Of a stretch of DNA of 47,035 bases, positions 24,513 to 35,680 are shown piece after piece. Every line of letters starts with the position of its first letter. The first letter of the stretch is position 1. Source of the DNA: Octopus bimaculoides (taxonomy: Eukaryota); contig NC_068984.1 of assembly GCF_001194135.2 (NCBI RefSeq), forward strand, positions 25,936,460-25,983,494, in the 5' to 3' direction. The notes beneath the pieces are model-generated. The model saw nothing but the letters and a program-made list of their open reading frames with translations, was not told where the DNA came from and did not search any database. The position numbers and the translations under genes were made by a program.

Positions 24513-24513
<1 letters not shown>
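24384..24513 (-). mobile_element. Extremely 5'-truncated R4/Dong-type LINE (last about 20 codons plus 3' UTR), distinct subfamily
   Basis: The minus strand reads KPEKTALLGTAQILRMVLEK* (stop 24453-24455), homologous to QKIALLGTAHILRKILSIQ* of the neighbouring copy but with a different 3' UTR. (TAA)n on both sides. Confidence 0.8.
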
Positions 24514-24551
<38 letters not shown>

Positions 24552-24562
24552 TTATTATTATT

Positions 24563-25284
24563 CAGTAGTTTTATTTTTATAGCGTGCTTTCACTTCACTA
24601 CCGAGCGCAGCTCTGTGTGCCTTGGGTATGTGCTGTGGTTTGCTGTGATGCTCTCATGTTTACTGTATTGAAAGTATTTTGCGTAGGATGTGTGCAGTGC
24701 CCAGTAGTGCAATTTTCTGTACGTTATATATAATTGTAAGTCCTGGTGTTTTTGTTATGTATTTGTCTGAATATTTTTTCATCATACCTAAGGTGCCTAC
24801 TATGATAGGAATTGTTTCTGTTTTTAGATTCCCCATTTGAGTTACCTCTATTTTCAGGTCTTTGTATTTTGAAAGTCTCTCCATTTCCTTTAGTGAAACA
24901 TTGTCATTTGCTGGTATTGATACATCAATTAGAAAGCATTTTTTTCTTCATGATCTCTGACAACTATATCTGGCCTATTGGCCTTAATTTCTCTATTTGT
25001 GTGTATTGGTATATCCCAGAGTATGGTTGCTTTCTCGTTTTCTGTGACCTTTCCTGGCGTGTGCCTATACCATCTTTTTTCTGTTGTTATTCCATAGTGT
25101 TGGCATAGCTTCTAGTGTATGTAGGTCCCTGCTCTGTCGTGTCTGTGAATATATTCCTTCTTAGCCAGGACTGGGCAGCCAGAGATAATATGATTTATTG
25201 TTTCTTGTCCATCGCCACATATTCTGCAGTTACTTGTTATGTTTCTTTTCATTATATGTTTTTGATAATTTCTGGTGGGGTGGC

Positions 25285-25287
<3 letters not shown>
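24563..25287 (-). mobile_element. 5'-truncated R4/Dong-type non-LTR retrotransposon (CCHC knuckle plus restriction-like endonuclease) in a (TAA)n tract
   Basis: One frame, one stop (25112-25114): NYQKHIMKRNITSNCRICGDGQETINHIISGCPVLAKKEYIHRHD...NRPDIVVRD...LIDVSIP...YKDLKIE...IVGTLG...LLGTAHILRKILSIQ* (stop 24660-24662). C-x2-C-x8-H-x4-C and PD..D motifs. (TAA)n at 24514-24562 and 25288-25410. Confidence 0.95.
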
Positions 25288-25364
<77 letters not shown>

Positions 25365-26760
25365 CATTATTATTATTATTATTAGTATTATTATTGTTAT
25401 TGTTATTATTATGCTTTAATGTATTTTGATGAAAATTCCGGAATGATTTTTTTTGAATGACTACAACAGAACATTTTCTATGCGACAAATAGTAATTTCT
25501 ACGAGATGCTGACTATCATTATTCCGACAGAGTACAAAATGTACTTCCAATAATTTGGTAATGAAATATAACAGTAATATATGTTTAAACTGTAATATCA
25601 GTATCTTATTTCTAGAGTTGAATAACATATTTTAGAGAAGAGGCTAATATTAGCAAAATATACATTTATATCTGTCAGCATTGTGACAGCCAATGCCAAA
25701 TACTACAAGATTCCATGAAAACGAAACCGTAAAGGATTACTATTAAAATGAAAATTAACCGTTTTGCACTAATATTATTCCAACCAGATGATAAACCATA
25801 AACAAATTTGTGGCAACAAGTTTACTTCATGATAAATTGCTTCACTCGGCGTCCAAGTTAGTAAGCAATTCACAAGACAATGTAATAGATTTCTAAACAA
25901 ACATTGAAATGAATATAATGCAAAAAAGTAAATCGGTACACTGTATACTTAAAATACACTGTGTATTTGTCATTAGTTATCATTTAGTAATGTTCATTTA
26001 ATATTTCAGATAATTTAAAAATAATGCAACAGATACATAAACCGCGCTATCCAGTTTCATCATATAGACAGTTTGAGTAAAACGGAACGGTTTAAAATAA
26101 CCCTTGAAATTCCGGCCAAATGAGAATAATGTTCATACAGTTCTGTTCTATATTACAACTTTGTGGCGGCAATCGCAATATATTAAGTCTTCTTTAGTAC
26201 GAATACATTTAAACTAGATTTACTTGATGTAATCGTGTTGTAATAGATAAAACATTATACATATCAACTGGACGCAGCAAAACGAGTAAAATACGTTGGA
26301 AATTTTGAAAGAAAATGACGTAATCAATCAAAAATGAATAACTGCTGCTTGTAATCATCTTACATAGCAATTGAACTTTTTAAAAATACATTACAGAGGA
26401 GAAGAGGGCCAGTGCTTCTAACCTTTGCAGTTTCCGCTCAGTCAGATGAGATTGATGCAATTGATGGTTATTCTGAACATCTGAAAGCTAATGTATTTGA
26501 GAAAGGGACTGGTGTCTTGATCAGAACATTTGCAACTGAGTGAACTTTGCTAAGAAAAGGATCAAGGGGTATGTTTGTATGAGTGTGGGGGCTGTGCGGG
26601 GTTGTGGTGCGCTGCTGTGGGAGTGTGACTGTGGTGTGTGTGCGAGCATATGTGTGTTAAACAGGTCTCTTTGACCTACCGTCCAACAGAAGCTAAGTTT
26701 GACTAGATCTCTCTAGAATATGTTATGGCATCGAAATGGTCTCTAATATTAAGTAGTGAT

Positions 26761-26981
26761 AAGGCGACGAGCTGGCAGAATCGTTACCGTGCTGAGCAAA
26801 ATGCTTATCGACATTTCGTCAGTCTTTACGTTTTGAGTTCAAATTCCGCTGGGGTCGACTTTGCCTTTCATCCTTTTGGGTCCGATAAAATAAGTGCCAG
26901 TTGAGCACTGGGGGTCGATGTAATCGACTTAGCTCCTCCCTTGGACTTGCTGTCCTTGTGCGAGAATTCGAAATCAATATT
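26761..26981 (+). mobile_element. SINE family A, full length (best copy in window)
   Basis: AAGGCGACGAGCTGGCAGAATCGTT (A-box region), GAGTTCAAATTCC (B box), tail GATAAAATAAGTGCCAGTTGAGCACTGGGGGTCGATGTAATCGACTTA...CCTTGTGC. Confidence 0.92.
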
Positions 26982-27924
26982 AGATGATGGTTGGCACATG
27001 CAAATTAGTAGCTCCCGTTCTCTGAAGCTACTGGATTTGATGTGTATCTAAACGGATTGGGTACTTGTTGCACTAGGATTGGTCAAATGGTGTAAATACT
27101 TCTGGTGAGATCTCAATAAGGGTCGAAAATCAATTGAGGCTGTTCATCATTTTTTTCAATGTACAGTGAACTAGGTAATTCTGACATACCTATATACCTA
27201 CAACGTAGGTTTACAAAATCAATCTCATACTTTGAATGATATTGAAATATTAAGTTAATAACACATTTTCAATGAAAGGATGCAGGTATGCAAGTGTATA
27301 TTTACAAACCGTCTTTTAAGGAAATGGAGGTGGAAGAAACGAATAAACGTATTGTTGTCATGGAAACATATTACAAGTACAAAAGAAAACGAAGTTGTTT
27401 GGAACAAAAATACGTCATAATGTTTTGAAAAAGTATAAGAAACGTTAATTGCATGAATAAATTCAATAACTGATTATTGTTTAATTATAGTTTTCATCAT
27501 TAAATTATTTGTACGGAGGGAATTGAAAATCACTCGTTTTAAAATAGGACAATTTTATAATCCTCTAAACGACGGGAAACAAATCCGTTACTCTAGCTCT
27601 CTTCTTCATTCTCTATCAATCACTTCTTTGTTAAGTGGTTAAAAGACAGCATGTTCTTGCAAAGCCACGAAGCCGCCAACTTTTGGAGATCAGGAATAGT
27701 GGAACAATTTGACCCAATACTTGTTTTGTACTTATTTTATCGTTTACATCAGAGTTTAAAGACAAATTCGACTTCCGGTCGCTTTGAACGTATTGAGACG
27801 CAACTGAATATCGCCAGACATTTTATCTGACGCTTGAGCGAATCAGCTTCTCACTGCCTCGTGTCAGTATCAAAAACAAACAATACACAATGCTTCAAGC
27901 GAACTACAATACTCTCTTAGCATA

Positions 27925-28195
27925 ATAATAATTTCTAGCATAGATACAAGGTCTGAAATTAGGGTGAGGGCATTAGTTAATTATATCGACCTAAGTACAA
28001 AAGTGGTACTTATTTTACCGATTCTGCAAAGGGGATTTAAACCCCGTAACTTAGCAGTTCGCCAAAAGAAGCTGATAGAATATGTACTAGGCTTTAAAAG
28101 ATAAGTCCTGGGGTCGATTTGTTCGACTAAAAACCCATCAAGGCGGTGTCCCAGCATGGCCGCAAACAAATGACGGAAACTAGTAAAAGATAAAC
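27925..28195. mobile_element. Back-to-back SINE fragments: family A 3' part (minus, about 27925-28035) and family C 3' part (plus, about 28040-28195)
   Basis: Matches the tails of 26761-26981 (reverse complement) and 34037-34281. Confidence 0.75.
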
Positions 28196-28299
28196 GATGT
28201 ATATATCGTTGCTATTATGTTAAACTGTCGTATGTTCAAATTTGGTCAAATGAATTTTTTTCAATATTTATTTTTGATTGCAATAGCCGGTTCTATCGT

Positions 28300-29620
28300 A
28301 TCTGCAGCTGCTTCAGATGCCAAGATATCAAAAATCGTCAAAGTGTAATACAACGGTTTTGCTATGGAATGGTGAAACTATTTTTTCGTTTTCTGAAAAA
28401 GCAACGTTTTGGACTTACGACATTTTTGCATAATAACAACGAAATATATAAATTAGTGAGTAATGGCATATTTAGGTAAATCTCTACCCTGAGTATTCCA
28501 CACGCTCCAAACACTTCACACAAGGCCATTACACTTTCCTCGTTTCTAGAGAAAAAAATGTTATACTGATCATCGCCACAGTCAAGACTATCTGGTTCGA
28601 GAATGCTGGAAACTCTAGATTTGAACAGGGCGCATTTAACTATACTGCCGACCACCGTGTGTTCTGGCAGTCTATCCCCATTAATTCAGCAAAACATGAA
28701 ATGTTATTTACGGTTATCTATGACTACTACATTCGCACCGAAAAGAATCACGATTTGATCACCTAAGCGAACGGCAATGAAAATACGCAATTCTAGGTTG
28801 AAGAGGTTCGTAGCAGATGATGAGGAAAAGGCTCCCGATATTGGAAATCTGTCTGAAATTATTCTACTTTTGTCACATTGGATGGCATCTTCAACGAGCA
28901 AATCAACAGCTTCTCCACAAAGAAGATCATGTCATCCAATGATCTGTTTCTCCTTCAGCTCAAGAACTCACTGATGTACCAATGTCCACTTTGATAGTAC
29001 GTCCTCAAGATATTGGGAAACGAAGTATTGGGAAGCTAAGCTAAGCTAAACAGCTTCTCCACAAGGAGGATCATGTCATTCCATGATCTGTTTCTCCTTC
29101 AGCTCAAGAACTCACTGATGTACCAATGTCCACTTTGATAGTACGTCCTCAAAATATTGGGAAACTAAGTATTGGGAAGCTAAGCTAAAACAAATGAAAT
29201 TACATATGAAGGAACAATATTTCATATTCGAACTTGGTACCATTGTCCCTGCCAGGTTTAGATAAACGCTTTACCTTCTACTCCTACACCTCTCCTTTCT
29301 AATCCTTCAACTCTCTCACCTCATTTTTCTCTTCACAAACATTCGACTTCGCCCACTTCTCCTCAGTTCATTCCCCTTTCTTTCTTGCTCTCTCACCCCG
29401 ATTCTCTCTTCCACTACTTCCTCTTCACATATGAAGCTCATGTGGTCCTGCATTCCTTTTCAGTCGTAGTCAGTTTTTCTAACTTAGAGGCTGCAAAACT
29501 CTGTTGTGTCTTATTAATCTGTCCTCTGTCAATATTTCTCTGAAGAAGGTTCTGTCCTAAACGTTGGATTTTCCACTCTCCACAGCAAGTTCACTGTAGC
29601 CTTTGTGTCAATTTTACTAA
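28300..29620 (+). mobile_element. Heavily degenerate Penelope-like element 3' portion (linker, GIY-YIG endonuclease, pLTR with decayed hammerhead core)
   Basis: Fragments across frames: QDYLVR (DYLVR at 28586-28600), EKNHDLIT*ANGN (compare SKNxIYLITCxxC), NDLFLLQLK, MKEQYFIFELGTIVP..GLDKRF (from 29206; compare EQxxIFxLGTLxPxGLN). CTGAAGAAGG-TTCTGT-CCTAAACGTT at 29540-29565 resembles the PLE CTGANGA..GAAACGT motif. The part from 29190 onward is better supported than the upstream part. Confidence 0.55.
28905..29188. repeat. 144-bp tandem duplication
   Basis: Copy 1 28905-29048 and copy 2 29049-29188, both starting AACAGCTTCTCCACAA; about 6 substitutions over 140 bp by eye. Confidence 0.95.
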
Positions 29621-29967
29621 ATAATACAAGTCTTGCCGACGTAGACTCTTTGGAGTCTGATCATATATAACCACAGTTGCATATGATCACATATATGTAA
29701 ATATTTACTTAAGTATCAAACAAATCATATTTACAGAAACACGTACGTAGAAAGTATATAAATAACAAAATTATTTATTTAAAAATTTTTATATTTAGAT
29801 AGCGTAATATTATTCTTCTGTCGTATTTTGTGAAACGGCAGAATTAAGAAAGACATAAAACATATTGTTGTCATGAATACATATCACAAGTAACCATGAC
29901 AGCAAAACAAAGACAGACGATTTTCCAAAAATACGTCATAATGTTTCAAAGAATAAGAAGCACAAAT

Positions 29968-30048
29968 ATGTATGTATGTATGTGTGTATGTATGTATGTA
30001 TGCATGTATGTATGTATGTATGTATGTATGTATGTATGTATGTATGTA
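29968..30048. repeat. (TATG)n microsatellite
   Basis: Direct observation. Similar tracts at 5735-5790, 16995-17045, 38758-38792 and 40361-40491. Confidence 0.95.
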
Positions 30049-31500
30049 TATTCTTATAACGGATTATTTTATACAAATAATTCTCATTTATTTATATTTG
30101 GAGGAAATTCAAATATATACCATCTTAAAATATCGCGTAGGAAAATTGCTGGTTAGCATGTTACAAATCATCACGTGTACAAAAACTTATACACGACTAC
30201 CAACCATTAAAATGAATAAAATTTCTTGAGACATTCGTATTAAGGAAATGTAGCATGATTTGTCTTAGACCAAATAAATCAGAAAACAGAATTTGAAACA
30301 AAGTTATGCAGCAAATTGCAATTAGAATTGATAATTTAGTGGAGACTTCATATATGTTAGATATTTTACACGTAACTATTCTCTTGAGTAATGGTTGAAT
30401 AACCAAGAAGCTCACAAAATCCCGGCTTTGATGCCACCGCAAAATATTATTGGCGTCTTGTTACCGTAGCTTCGAGTCGAACCACGTTTCACGAATGAAT
30501 TTGTGTTGACAAAAACTGTATGGAATACTGTCTGATGGATTATATCAATAATATAACGTTCAACCCTGTTATATTGTGTCATCATGATTTCATCTGACAA
30601 TTACATTAAGTGTACAAGTATCTATGGAATATTCAAACATTAACATTCAATGAACGAGTCCATTTTGAAATTTATACTTCAGAAGTTGAGTCTTTTTTTA
30701 CCTCCGACCAAAGACAATTTAAGCATGAAATTGTCGCGTTTTACTCAGGCACACAACACCACGACCGCATTATCCTGTATCCTTCTCTAGACCTCTAAGG
30801 TGTAATTTCAGAGGTATTTGGCTGCTATTTTTTGCAGGCCGAGGAGTCACGTAAATACACGCATTTTAACTTAATGTGTAACATACTATATATTTCTTTC
30901 ATAGGTTAACTTTTATGCAATCAGGTGGATGATGCAGAGGATTAGGTATTTGTGAGAATATGAAATACAAATTTGTGTTAGACCTTTCTGTTTTGCATTG
31001 GTTGAAAGTGAGACTCTACCATTAATCCATCAATATCATTATAAGTAATAAGTTTAATGCAGAGCAAACTGGGATGCTTCAAAGTGGAGTATGTTCTAGT
31101 TGTTCCACTCCATTGGATTTCTGATGGTTATCTTTATAATTGATTGTGTTAGTGATACTTTAAATGCATCCTCTTACAGTCTTAGTCTATTTCTATTTCT
31201 GTTTAAAGTACTAAAGCTGTTAAGTACAACCGAGGAAACTCCACTCGGATTTCAGTCAATTCATCATCGGAAAAACATATATGATTAGTCTAGTGTGTTC
31301 TTCCGTCCATCCATCCATCCATCCATTTATCCATCTATCCTTCCGCTTGTCCATGTGCCCGTCTGTCTGTCTTTCCGTCCGGTCGGTCGACTTGTCCGGG
31401 GACTACTGCTACCCTTTTACGCTGAATGTCCCGAATCTCAATAGCAGTTTTCATGTCTTCAACTTGATATGCAATGCCTTCCACAATTTGACTGCTACAC

Positions 31501-31560
<60 letters not shown>

Positions 31561-31777
31561 ACGGGTCTATCATTCTGTTAATCCTTTAATCACTGACTGA
31601 ATGCTTGATCCAAATACTGACTTGCTATACAAGGTTATAAATTTGCAAAAAGATAACGATTTTGTTTAGCTTTAAGATCAGTTTTTGTAGAGTAAACAAA
31701 ATCAATACAGAATATAAATGATATTGATCTGATCGACGTCCGAAATATGAAAGCAAGTTTGATAGACGCTTCAATAG

Positions 31778-31985
31778 AAGGCGGTGAGCTGGCGGGATCA
31801 TTAGTACACCGGGCAAAATGCTCAGTTGCATTTCGTCAGTTTTTACGTTCTGAGTTCAAATTCCACAAAGGTCGACTTTACCTTTTATCGTTGTAGGGGC
31901 GATAAAATGAGTGCTACAGTTGACTTAATCGACTAACCCCTTGCCCCGAAATTTCTGTCCTTGTTCCAAAATACGAAACCCATTT
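31778..31985 (+). mobile_element. SINE family A, near full length
   Basis: AAGGCGGTGAGCTGGCGGGATCATTAG...CTGAGTTCAAATTCC...GGTCGACTTTACC...AATCGACTAACCCC...CCTTGTTCCAAAAT. Confidence 0.88.
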
Positions 31986-32073
31986 TTACCTCAATATTAA
32001 ATCATATTTCCCAGAAAGAAGTCGATAAATATGTGAAGATATGTGAGACAGTGAAACAATATTCTTTTGTTCC

Positions 32074-32422
32074 TTTTACTTGTTTCAGTCATTTGACTGC
32101 GGCCATACTGGAGCACTGCCTTTAATCGAGCAAATCGACCCCAGGACTTATTCTTTGTAAGCCTAGTACTTATTCTATCGGAATCTTTTGCCGAACCGCT
32201 AAGTTACGGGACATAAACACACCAGCATCGGTTGTCAAGTGATGTTGGGGAACAGACACACACAAACACGACGGGCTTCTTTCAGTTTCCGTCTACCAAA
32301 TCCACTCACAAGGCTTTGGTTGGCCCGAGGCTATAGTAGAAGACACTTGCCCAAGGTGCCACGCAGTGGGACTGAACCCGGAAGCATGTGGTTGTTAAGC
32401 AAGCTACTTACCACACAGCCGC
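32074..32422 (-). mobile_element. tRNA-derived SINE family C (CORE-like motif), near full length
   Basis: Minus-strand head GGCTGTGTGGTAAG...GGGTTCAGTCCC (A and B boxes), then ACCTTGGGCAAGT as at the start of the CORE domain, and 3' tail CAGTCAAATGACTGAAACAAGTAAAA. A family A tail fragment abuts at 32425-32550. Confidence 0.9.
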
Positions 32423-33644
32423 AGACGAGGTCGATTTTTGCCTTTCATTATTTTGGGGTCGATAATATAAATACCATTTGTACATGGGTCGATGTAATCC
32501 TCTTAACCCGACCACTAAAATTGCTGATATTCTGCTAACATTAGAAAAAATTTAAATATTTAGATTTTTATTTTTATGCGGTATTTCACGAAAACTCATA
32601 GTCACATTATCATGGAGACATGTTAGAAGTAACAAACCCTATTTACTTTGAAGACAAAACACGCCGTCATGTTTCAAATTATTATTAATGCGATTAATGA
32701 AATCTATGACTGATTTTGTTCAAATGATTTCTCATCATTTTCTTATATTTTGAGGGAATTCAAAAACATTCGTTTGTATAAAATATAACTATTCTAAAAT
32801 ATTGCCTTTTCATATAGGATATTATAACTTTTTACTAGTCGTGGGGCATCGAATTTAACATAATTTCAAATTTCATTTGAAGCTGATGTAAACCTTTACT
32901 TTTTGGTACCACATTAACGGTAAGGTAGTAAATAAACTTAATCCAAGTTTACAATAAACAGTCCAACGAGGGGAAGAGAGCAGTGATGGGGAGCGTTCAT
33001 GTTATATTCATTTTAAGCTGAGTCTGTAAAGAATATATATTTCTAGCATGGCGCAGTTTACTCGACAAATAACATGACATCATAATGAAATGTTACATGT
33101 AACGGTAGCATTAAACCAGTGTAATTCAAAATGATATTATGTAACATTTTAAACGGGGATTTTTGTTAAGTCAGACGAAACTCTGTAAACAAAGTATATT
33201 AAATGGATTGCTAAATGAGTCTTTCTTACCAAATATAACCACATTTCAGTTTTATTTTGACAGAATAAGTAAAATATTATCCTTTACTGCGGAAATTGAA
33301 TAATACTTCTATTTTACAACTTTGGTAATAAACGCAAAAGTTTCCATCTAATATGGTGTAGTTCAGTTACAGTATTTCACTGAAAAGAAGAAAAGAAATA
33401 AACAAAAACAAAAAGATTTCAACAATTTCACATTAATTTTACTTAAGTTTCTAAAACAAATTTAAGACACAAGTTATATGTTGGCACCAATCTTTTTACT
33501 GTATTTCAAACAAAACATTATATGTTGGTAGCATAACGATACATTACCTATTACGTTGTTGTAGGTAAGTTATTGTCTGCATGCCATATCTATTATTACA
33601 TCTTTAACAACAGCGCTTGACTGTTGTTGATATACATACGTAAT

Positions 33645-33955
33645 ACATACATGCATGCATACATACACACATACATACAAATCTGCACATACATACATAC
33701 ATACATACATACATACATACATACATACATACATACATACATACAAACAAAAATACCCTGTTGTTGAAGTTGAAATTCCAATGAAGGAGCCATGGATCTT
33801 GGTTAGAAACCGGCTCTTTCTCTATTGGCAAGAAATCTTGAAATAAAACTGAACAATGACATACATACATATATACATACATACATAGATGCATTCCTAC
33901 ATACATACATACATACATACATACATACATACATACATACATACATACATACATA
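33645..33955. repeat. (ACAT)n tract interrupted by a unique about 110-bp segment (33746-33858)
   Basis: (ACAT)n at 33645-33745 and 33858-33955 flank ...GAAATTCCAATGAAGGAGCC...GAAATAAAACTGAACAATG. Confidence 0.85.
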
Positions 33956-34036
33956 CGAAGTGCATTACAGAGGTTTTCTGATATTTTAGGAGAGACAGTT
34001 ATAGCTGTCCTAAATTATTGTAACTTTAGTATATCA

Positions 34037-34281
34037 TATATATGTATATGTATATATATGTGTATGTGTTTGTGTGTCTGTATTTGTCTCCCCCAACATC
34101 GCTTGACAACCGATGCTGGTGTGTTTACGTCCCCGTAATTTAGCGGTTCGGCAAAAAAGACCGATAGAATAAGTAGTAGGATTACAAAGAATAAGTCCTG
34201 GGGTCGATTTGCTCGACTAAAGGCGGTGCTTCAGCATGGCCGCAGTCAAATGACTGAAACAAGTAAAAGAGTAAATGAGTA
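34037..34281 (+). mobile_element. SINE family C, 3' half
   Basis: Near-identical to the reverse complement of 32074-32255 (CCAACATCGCTTGACAACCGATGCTGGTG...CAGTCAAATGACTGAAACAAGTAAAAGAGTA). Confidence 0.92.
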
Positions 34282-35547
34282 TCTAATAAGCTAACCGGCC
34301 AACTTTTGTTTGAAGGAGACGGTTTAACAACACTGAACACACCCTACAACAGTTGGCTAGTTNNNNNNNNNNNNNNNNNNNNNNNNNNNNNNNNNNNNNN
34401 NNNNNNNNNNNNNNNNNNNNNNNNNNNNNNNNNNNNNNNNNNNNNNNNNNNNNNNNNNNNNNNNNNNNNNNNNNNNNNNNNNNNNNNNNNNNNNNNNNNN
34501 NNNNNNNNNNNNNNNNNNNNNNNNNNNNNNNNNNNNNNNNNNNNNNNNNNNNNNNNNNNNNNNNNNNNNNNNNNNNNNNNNNNNNNNNNNNNNNNNNNNN
34601 NNNNNNNNNNNNNNNNNNNNNNNNNNNNNNNNNNNNNNNNNNNNNNNNNNNNNNNNNNNNNNNNNNNNNNNNNNNNNNNNNNNNNNNNNNNNNNNNNNNN
34701 NNNNNNNNNNNNNNNNNNNNNNNNNNNNNNNNNNNNNNNNNNNNNNNNNNNNNNNNNNNNNNNNNNNNNNNNNNNNNNNNNNNNNNNNNNNNNNNNNNNN
34801 NNNNNNNNNNNNNNNNNNNNNNNNNNNNNNNNNNNNNNNNNNNNNNNNNNNNNNNNNNNNNNNNNNNNNNNNNNNNNNNNNNNNNNNNNNNNNNNNNNNN
34901 NNNNNNNNNNNNNNNNNNNNNNNNNNNNNNNNNNNNNNNNNNNNNACACACACACACACACACACACACTAGCTTAAAAGCCGCAATCCGTGCGGACTTT
35001 TAAGCTGGCTCCTGCCGAGTGCTAATTGGGCCTGCAGCCCCAAACTAAAGAGAGCTAAATAGCATTACTGTAATACATTTATAATGACAATATACCCAGG
35101 TGGTGTTTGATCAGAGATTAAGGACGGATGAGAATTAATTCTGTAATCATCCTATTGTTTATCTCGACGTAAAATTAACGAAGTGAATGCCATTTATCAT
35201 CCCTTGATCTCTGACGTCATCTGACAAACACCAAGCAAGATGGCGTGAATCAGCCTTACTTTACCTGCTAGAAATAACAACCCAAATACTTTTAAATCAG
35301 ATCCCAAATGCTGGATGTTCAAGAACCAAATGCGGGGCAGAATTTCAATCCTGGGATCATCCTGATTCTAAAAAGGTATATGTCTATGTATATATATAGT
35401 GTTTATATATATGTATGCATGCATCTCTCTCTCTCTTTCTCTATACACACACACATGCACACACATACACATATACACTCATACACACATACATATATAC
35501 AAATATGTATATATGTATAGTGCATATGTATATATGTATGTATGTAT

Positions 35548-35638
35548 GAATGTATGTATGCATGTATCTACCTACCTACCTACCTACCTACCTACCTACC
35601 TACCTACCTACCTACCTACCTACCTATCTATCTACCTA

Positions 35639-35680
<42 letters not shown>

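Noticed and set aside
26431-26544. DEIDAI resembling an AAA ATPase Walker B motif
   Set aside because: It lacks the preceding hydrophobic strand (hhhhDE) and any Walker A context.
28250-28348. Signal-peptide-like MNFFQYLFLIAIAGSIVSAAASDAK, followed in another frame by hemopexin-like words (FWTYD, KGSRYWK)
   Set aside because: The ORF stops after 32 codons. The downstream frame has about 10 stops, close to random, and Penelope endonuclease motifs explain the region better.
28860-29190. Minus-strand peptide with a CARD-like look (DVLSKWTLVHQ*VLELKEKQII..EAVDLL)
   Set aside because: Interrupted by stops, only a vague amphipathic pattern, and antisense to the Penelope-like remnant.
33474-33570. 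Strong donor TAG|GTAAGT at 33565 with an upstream open frame
   Set aside because: No adequate pyrimidine-rich acceptor upstream; an isolated donor match is expected by chance.
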